A DNA stretch of 64,000 nt from Trypanosoma brucei (lineage: Eukaryota): assembly GCA_000002445.1 (NCBI GenBank), contig CP000067.1:1376001-1440000 (forward strand), read 5' to 3'. The position numbers and the translations under genes are program-made. Shown one piece after another: positions 57,515-64,000 of this stretch. The notes under the pieces are model-generated. The model saw only the letters and a program-made list of their open reading frames with translations. It made no database searches and was not told where the DNA came from. Position 1 is the first letter of the stretch; each line of letters opens with the position of its first letter.

Positions 57515-58070
57515 GTCTACAAAGAAGTTATCGAGGGAAAAACAATTTAAATTGGCAAATGCGAGAATTCGCGCAGTTGTTAGAAACACAATTAGCTGAC
57601 AAATTCATGTTCATCACAATTCAATGTAGACCGCTATGAAAGAACTCATAAAGGTCGTATGAGGCATGAGGATATACGTCCACGAGGGAGACATTTGAAA
57701 TCATGAATATCTCAACAGTTATTAAACTTTACAACTTAAGTAGGACATCCACTCCCAAACTAGGCAATATTTTAAAAGTTACATTTGGGGGAAAGGGACC
57801 GTTAATCACGGTTTCGAACGATACCCAAAAACTGTTCATAACCAAACCTCCCAGTTTTGACCGAAACGAAACGGCGTAACTGTCATGTGATCAACAAATG
57901 AGTTCCAAGGAAAAATAATCAACGAACGGTATAGTATGCCGTCGGTTATTACACACAGACACACACAAACAGAAAGTAACTAAAGTGTTTCAGGAATAGG
58001 AGTGACGCTAATACAATCCTAACAAACTATAGGGTGAGGGATCTCATAGTTCCCAAGCAACCTCAATAAT

Positions 58071-59273
58071 TCAGGCCCTCTTACGCCAAAAGGGAAAAGA
58101 AGGTAGGATTTCTCTTTTCCGTCCAAGTCGGAATTCACACTGCATCGCTGCCCAATTGCTATTCAACCACATTAGCTTTGAGGGTGCCGGTGGTATTACA
58201 CCTTCAGGAAAGTAGTCCATTAACATTTCGTAATCGGCTTCCTGTATGTGGTGTATCACAACAGACATGTTCCTAACGCTCTTCTTCACACCAAACTTGC
58301 CCGCATTGTGAAAGTGACAACGACCCATCTCCACACTTATTAGGTTTCTGTACACTACCTTTTCTCTCAGTATCATTCCAACCATCACATCTTCATAGAA
58401 CATGCCAAGATCAAGAAAGTCAAAATAGTCCCACATAGAAAAGGGCATGTTCACTAGACGCTCAAGAGGTTTATACGAAATGATGGCTTGTGCAGTGTCC
58501 CTGGAGAGAGTAATGCAATATCCGTTCACATATGTAAGTTGGTTACGCCGCCATATCCGGTTATAGTAGTTGTAACGACCCATATACAAACCATGACGAG
58601 GCATTACACGAAGGTCCGCAAGGTATTTTGGAACACGAATAAATATGTCATCATCACCCTTCACAATGTAACTTACGTTAGGAAACATGTGAAGAGCAAA
58701 CCGAAGCCACAAATATGTTTTCCGACTCATCGCAACCTCAGCCTCAATTCCCCAGTTTCCATTCTCACCAATCTTCTTCCGTGTGGATGGAGAGACATCA
58801 TTTGTTGGTAGTGTAATAATGTCATGTGTACGTGCGGCCTCTTCCTTTAGTGAGTGTGAAATCAAATAACTGTTTGACTGATGTGGTGCGAGAAGATATA
58901 ATGGCAGGAGACTCCCACTAAAGTTGTTTGATCGTGTGGCCACGCCACTATACTTCCAGCATGTCTGTCGCTGCAAGTCACGCCGCCTGCTTCTCTCACT
59001 GTTGTCCACAGAAGGAATTCCAAGGACGGCTAGGAACCTTTGTGCCTTCCACACGGCAGCAACATTAGACGGAACGAACATCAAATATTCATCTTCGTCT
59101 ATCGGTTGTGAAACTCCAGCCTGATTTTCATCTAAAAAAGTAGATACCACATGAATTCTATGTAAGTTGCAGCAGATAATCAAGAGTGACATCACAAGTA
59201 GAAGTATCACTGCTATGTCTGCTGTACGTGGCCTCCTCCTCGCTTGTGTTGGTCGCATCTTCAGCGGTGACAT
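58071..59273 (-). CDS. UDP-Gal/UDP-GlcNAc-dependent glycosyltransferase, array copy 6.
   Basis: Identical to copy 2 at the protein level. Confidence 0.85.
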   Translation of the reverse strand: MSPLKMRPTQARRRPRTADIAVILLLVMSLLIICCNLHRIHVVSTFLDENQAGVSQPIDEDEYLMFVPSNVAAVWKAQRFLAVLGIPSVDNSERSRRRDLQRQTCWKYSGVATRSNNFSGSLLPLYLLAPHQSNSYLISHSLKEEAARTHDIITLPTNDVSPSTRKKIGENGNWGIEAEVAMSRKTYLWLRFALHMFPNVSYIVKGDDDIFIRVPKYLADLRVMPRHGLYMGRYNYYNRIWRRNQLTYVNGYCITLSRDTAQAIISYKPLERLVNMPFSMWDYFDFLDLGMFYEDVMVGMILREKVVYRNLISVEMGRCHFHNAGKFGVKKSVRNMSVVIHHIQEADYEMLMDYFPEGVIPPAPSKLMWLNSNWAAMQCEFRLGRKREILPSFPFWRKRA

Positions 59274-59829
59274 GTCTACAAAGAAGTTATCGAGGGAAAA
59301 ACAATTTAAATTGGCAAATGCGAGAATTCGCGCAGTTGTTAGAAACACAATTAGCTGACAAATTCATGTTCATCACAATTCAATGTAGACCGCTATGAAA
59401 GAACTCATAAAGGTCGTATGAGGCATGAGGATATACGTCCACGAGGGAGACATTTGAAATCATGAATATCTCAACAGTTATTAAACTTTACAACTTAAGT
59501 AGGACATCCACTCCCAAACTAGGCAATATTTTAAAAGTTACATTTGGGGGAAAGGGACCGTTAATCACGGTTTCGAACGATACCCAAAAACTGTTCATAA
59601 CCAAACCTCCCAGTTTTGACCGAAACGAAACGGCGTAACTGTCATGTGATCAACAAATGAGTTCCAAGGAAAAATAATCAACGAACGGTATAGTATGCCG
59701 TCGGTTATTACACACAGACACACACAAACAGAAAGTAACTAAAGTGTTTCAGGAATAGGAGTGACGCTAATACAATCCTAACAAACTATAGGGTGAGGGA
59801 TCTCATAGTTCCCAAGCAACCTCAATAAT

Positions 59830-60843
59830 TCAGGCCCTCTTACGCCAAAAGGGAAAAGAAGGTAGGATTTCTCTTTTCCGTCCAAGTCGGAATTCACACT
59901 GCATCGCTGCCCAATTGCTATTCAACCACATTAGCTTTGAGGGTGCCGGTGGTATTACACCTTCAGGAAAGTAGTCCATTAACATTTCGTAATCGGCTTC
60001 CTGTATGTGGTGTATCACAACAGACATGTTCCTAACGCTCTTCTTCACACCAAACTTGCCCGCATTGTGAAAGTGACAACGACCCATCTCCACACTTATT
60101 AGGTTTCTGTACACTACCTTTTCTCTCAGTATCATTCCAACCATCACATCTTCATAGAACATGCCAAGATCAAGAAAGTCAAAATAGTCCCACATAGAAA
60201 AGGGCATGTTCACTAGACGCTCAAGAGGTTTATACGAAATGATGGCTTGTGCAGTGTCCCTGGAGAGAGTAATGCAATATCCGTTCACATATGTAAGTTG
60301 GTTACGCCGCCATATCCGGTTATAGTAGTTGTAACGACCCATATACAAACCATGACGAGGCATTACACGAAGGTCCGCAAGGTATTTTGGAACACGAATA
60401 AATATGTCATCATCACCCTTCACAATGTAACTTACGTTAGGAAACATGTGAAGAGCAAACCGAAGCCACAAATATGTTTTCCGACTCATCGCAACCTCAG
60501 CCTCAATTCCCCAGTTTCCATTCTCACCAATCTTCTTCCGTGTGGATGGAGAGACATCATTTGTTGGTAGTGTAATAATGTCATGTGTACGTGCGGCCTC
60601 TTCCTTTAGTGAGTGTGAAATCAAATAACTGTTTGACTGATGTGGTGCGAGAAGATATAATGGCAGGAGACTCCCACTAAAGTTGTTTGATCGTGTGGCC
60701 ACGCCACTATACTTCCAGCATGTCTGTCGCTGCAAGTCACGCCGCCTGCTTCTCTCACTGTTGTCCACAGAAGGAATTCCAAGGACGGCTAGGAATCTTT
60801 GTGCCTTCCACACGGCAGCAACATTAGACGGAACGAACATCAA
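59830..60843 (-). pseudogene. 5'-truncated glycosyltransferase copy at the array boundary. It lacks the cytoplasmic tail, the transmembrane signal anchor and the first ~88 aa.
   Basis: Homology to the repeat unit stops abruptly at about 60853, inside the coding sequence (consensus ...catcaaatattcatcttcgtctatcgg versus here ...catcaaatattcatccttttattaaaaaatg). The remaining frame, MFVPSNVAAVW..., is intact for 336 aa but has no N-terminal anchor. Confidence 0.6.
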
Positions 60844-62049
60844 ATATTCATCCTTTTATTAAAAAATGTGTTTGTCCTTTGAGTTTCATGTAAAAAAAAA
60901 AAGAAAGACGATGACACCGTTTTTCGTAGTTGATTGTAGTGCTCCGCCATTTTCTGCAGTCTTTATTTTTGCGAAAGGGCCTTGACGGTGCCGCCTTGTT
61001 ACGTAACGCTTTTATAAAGTTCGATGTGTAAGTTTCGTTTGTGCCTACTGTTGTTTTTAGTTAAAAAAAAAAGTTATGAGAGTTGAGTGGTAACTGGTAC
61101 GACCCCTTTATTATTAGCAGGTAAAGAAAAGGCATGTTTTTTTCTTCTATTTTTTTTGTTAAACAAACCCGAACATGGTGTTAATTATGACAAATTTTCA
61201 CATATGCGGTGTGGTCGCACGATCGATCCCACAACTACCAGGCCGTGAAGGAGAAGGAGACGTTAACATCGTAAGAATATGTGTTGTTGCATTATTTATT
61301 TTTCAAAGAAATAATGGCGATTCCCCCCATAGTTACAGTTGGCTTTTGTGATTCACCCCTCACATTCACTTTTATGTACCCGATGTGCCATAAAGGTGGG
61401 ACGAATATTCATTAATTTGAAAAGTTTGTGCATGGCATATTCGACATCAAACCCTTCTTTTTTTTAAAAAAAAAACAACATCTTCCGATATGTTAATGTT
61501 AATGCTAATTTTCATTTTCATATTTTATTTTTTAAGTTGAGATGCGTTCGACGTGAATTGTTCCTCCCTCCTGCGCTAACTTTGGAGAATGTTTTGAGTA
61601 CTTTTGGAGTGTTCAGCACTTCACTGACATTCGCGGAGCATATATATATATATATTTTTTTTTTTTTATAAGAAAAAAAAAGCGCCAACTGTGGACCCCG
61701 CACTGTTTTTGCACTTCGTTCATCCGCTTTTCCATTTAAAATTCACTAATTAGAAATTTCACATAAGTCACCGGCTCTCCTTCACACGATGTAAATTTCG
61801 GTATGGCGTGGCGTGGCGTGCAGGCGTAATATTTTTTTTCCTCATTCAGTAATACATACATGAGTGCACACAAGCAAACGTATATTTTATTTTATTTTAT
61901 ATGCGAACTGTAACTCGAGACTATCTCAAGCACGAGAATATGAGGAACCTCGGTGCCTTCGCTTCCTTTTTTTTTTTATTCCCCAATAATTCTTTTGCTA
62001 TATCATGTTGTGTCACTTCCTCCTTATCTTTTTACATATGGTCGCATGG

Positions 62050-63700
62050 TGACAAAAAGTTTTGTAGGGAACGAATTTTTTTTTTTTTAAACAGAAGAAA
62101 AGAAAAGGAAAAAAGAAAAAGAAAAGAATGGGAAGTGACACAAGCGTCAGTTTGTACATAAAAGTTCCACGGAGGTGCGGGGGCGATATGTTAACATCAG
62201 TTCATACATTTCATAAGTGTTTTTTTTTTAGCATCGGTCCATTCATTCAATCCAGTATCAGAAAGCGAGGTAAAGATAAAGATGAAGATGAAGAAAGAAA
62301 AAAAAAGAAAAAAAAAAGAAAAAAGAATAGGGGAAGGTGGGAAGAAAAGCGGCAGCAAACTGGCGAATGGCGCGTCACTTCATTCAAGCGGATAAAATTC
62401 TCTTTTCTTATTTTGTTTTGTGTTTTTTGTTTTTGTTTTTAAAACTGTTATTAATACTTTTTCTTTACTTTACTCTTCTTTTTTACTTTATTTTATTTTG
62501 GTTCTGCTCCCCACAATATTCACCACAGTGAAGAGAAGAACACACACAAACACAAAAGAAAAAAGAAAAGAAAAGGAGACAAGAGGAGGCATTTATTTTC
62601 CTCTTTCCCTTCAGTTACGTACCGGAGGTGCAAACAAGGCGAAAAAGAAATGAAAAAAAGTATCACAATTGGCATGAAGGAACAACAACAACAAAAAAAA
62701 TTTTTAAAAAAAAGAAGAAGAAAAGGCGAATGAAAGTTTTTTTTTAAAAAAAAAGAAGAAAAAAAAGAAAAAAAAAGAGGAGGGGACAATCCACTGGGGA
62801 ATAAACAACAAAACTTACGATAGGAGAGTAAAAATAAAAAAATGAAAAAAAAGCAGAGGGTGGACATGGACAAGAGAGCGATGAATAAATTTTTTTTTAA
62901 AGAAAAAACGTGTAGAGACAATAATAATAATAATAACAATAATAGTGATTAATAACAGTATGGGGCGGGAAGAGAACCGACGGCCAAAAAGAAAAAAAAA
63001 CAAAAAACAAAAACACATGGAAACAAAAAGAAAAAAAAAGGAAAAAAGAAAAGCGAACAATCGTTTGCATAAGTTGACGTTGCATTTCATTATGCGTTCA
63101 CTACTTTTATCGTTTGCAACACTTACGCACGTCCCTGTTTCTTTTAGTCTCTTTTTTTTTAAAAAAAAAAAGAAAGAAGCGTTGCTGAGAAATATTTAAT
63201 TTACACTTCAGTAAGCAAGCGAACAAACAAAAGAAAAAAAATAACAGTAAAAGTACCATTAAATGATATCAATAATAATAATAACAATAACAATCTGATA
63301 TGATATGATATGATAACATACCAATGATAATAGCAATGATAATAAATATAAACAAAAAAATTTAAAAAGAAATTCATTGTCACCCCACTTATTTTCTTTC
63401 TATATCGTTCAATTTCTTATCACTTTCTTTTTTTTTGTTTCGTTTCTGTTGCCGCTTTCTTTTGTTTTCTTTTTTTTTTTGTTATTTCAGATCCTCCGAC
63501 GCAACTGCCAGTCTGGCGCTACATTTTCTTCAATTCCTCATCCTTTTTTGGTGTCAGACCTCGCTACTTTTTAACTTCGCCTCGCAAACTCCCACTAGCT
63601 ATTCATCTTTATTTATTTTTATTTTATTTATTTTATTTTCTTTTCGCCTCAAACGTCTCTTCGGGTTTCCACTCCTTCCTCTTCTATAAATAAATATAAA
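62050..63700. promoter_or_regulatory. Candidate strand-switch or transcription-start region. A poly-purine block (62050-63100) sits next to a poly-pyrimidine block (63370-63660) on the + strand.
   Basis: 60.9–64 kb contains no ORF of 100 aa or more. From 62050 to 63100 the + strand is A/G-rich, which puts a poly-pyrimidine tract on the minus strand upstream of the first minus-strand gene. From 63370 to 63660 the + strand becomes T/C-rich, as expected upstream of a + strand gene lying beyond the window. This rests on composition alone. Confidence 0.3.
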
Positions 63701-64000
63701 TATAAATAAAAATATATAAATATATAAATATATAAATTCTCTTCAGTGGAATAACCAAGCAGCAGATATTGAAGTTAATACATACCCTGACGGCCCCCAT
63801 ATACCCGCACACATATAAATATAAATAAATAAATAAATAATATAAATATAATGATGGAACAAGTGAAGTAAAGAAACAAACAAACAAACAAGAAAAGAAA
63901 CGACAGCTAAACGCACAATAAAAATCGCAACAAAAAAAAAAAGAAGAAAAGAGACGTCCATTTGCTTCACCACTTCGTTTCCCCTCCTTTCTTTTCTTTT

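Larger units (their letters stand above)
49545..60853. repeat. Tandem gene array of about 6.4 units, each 1759 bp: a glycosyltransferase CDS plus a ~480-bp spacer.
   Basis: The period is exact (51035→52794→54553→56312→58071→59830). Units are more than 99% identical, and the + strand artefact ORFs recur in every unit. Confidence 0.9.

Noticed and set aside
49693-60570. Recurring + strand ORFs of 107, 66, 63 and 70 aa in every array unit.
   Set aside because: They are antisense to the glycosyltransferase CDS or lie in its spacer, and they recur only because the unit repeats. They have no codon-usage or PTU-orientation support.
61195-61270. The sequence gcggtgtggtcgcacgatcgatcccacaactacc looked superficially like a tRNA T-arm and acceptor.
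   Set aside because: It has no canonical GGTTCGANTCC B-box and no foldable cloverleaf with a 7-bp acceptor stem. I found no A-box partner at the right distance.
1-64000. Prokaryote-style features: operons with a ribosome-binding site, CRISPR arrays, integrons, insertion-sequence elements and defence islands.
   Set aside because: The sequence is clearly eukaryotic kinetoplastid nuclear DNA. It has unidirectional polycistronic genes of eukaryotic function (PP1, RPB1, TLK, a nucleoporin, ERGIC3) and no direct-repeat/spacer architecture. Nothing in it supports such calls.

Overview
This window reads as nuclear DNA from a kinetoplastid, most consistent with an African trypanosome (Trypanosoma brucei group). 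GC content is moderate, genes are dense and lack introns, (CA)n/(TA)n microsatellites and poly-pyrimidine or poly-purine tracts sit between genes, and every convincing gene between about 1 and 60.8 kb lies on the minus strand. That layout is what one long polycistronic transcription unit (PTU), transcribed from high to low coordinates, would look like. I found no bacterial features such as operons, CRISPR arrays or Shine-Dalgarno spacing.

Caveat on the ORF track: several listed ORFs begin at GTG or TTG codons. I checked 8181-8183, 10070-10072, 52310-52312 and others directly. Because trypanosomes use ATG, I moved those CDS starts to the first in-frame ATG.

Gene content in transcription order (high to low coordinate):
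- A tandem array of near-identical UDP-sugar glycosyltransferase genes with a type II membrane topology and DxD motif (GT67/beta3GT-like), in 1759-bp units. There are six full copies and a broken copy at each end.
- A hypothetical zinc-finger-like protein.
- A possible CID-like helical protein.
- A DPY-30-motif protein.
- An FG-repeat nucleoporin with an Nsp1/Nup62-type coiled-coil C-terminus.
- A conserved 149-aa hypothetical protein.
- A Tousled-like kinase.
- Mitochondrial ribosomal protein bL12 (L7/L12).
- A multi-pass membrane protein.
- A protein with a Lys/Ala/Pro-rich basic tail.
- A Maf1 homologue.
- A KH + Smr domain protein.
- A giant (~1380 aa) protein dominated by perfect 27-nt (9-aa) E/A/R/K repeats.
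- A coiled-coil hypothetical protein.
- An ERGIC3/Erv46 homologue.
- A roughly 6-kb gene-poor interval holding one small transmembrane ORF and a GC-rich island.
- A SEC14/CRAL-TRIO protein with a C-terminal transmembrane anchor.
- An acidic hypothetical protein.
- Two tandem dihydrolipoamide-dehydrogenase-like (DLDH-like) genes. Copy 1 (6357..8174) has lost the redox-active cysteines and the catalytic His; copy 2 has lost the His and also carries a point-mutation stop codon with no in-frame ATG.
- A PP1 catalytic subunit.
- The 5' 3.1 kb of the RNA polymerase II largest subunit gene (RPB1), which runs off the window start.

The RPB1–PP1 linkage is the classic T. brucei arrangement, present on the duplicated chromosome 4/8 segment.

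The last ~3 kb (60.9–64 kb) has no ORFs and is low-complexity. Its strand composition flips (poly-purine, then poly-pyrimidine, on the + strand), which suggests a strand-switch or transcription start region.
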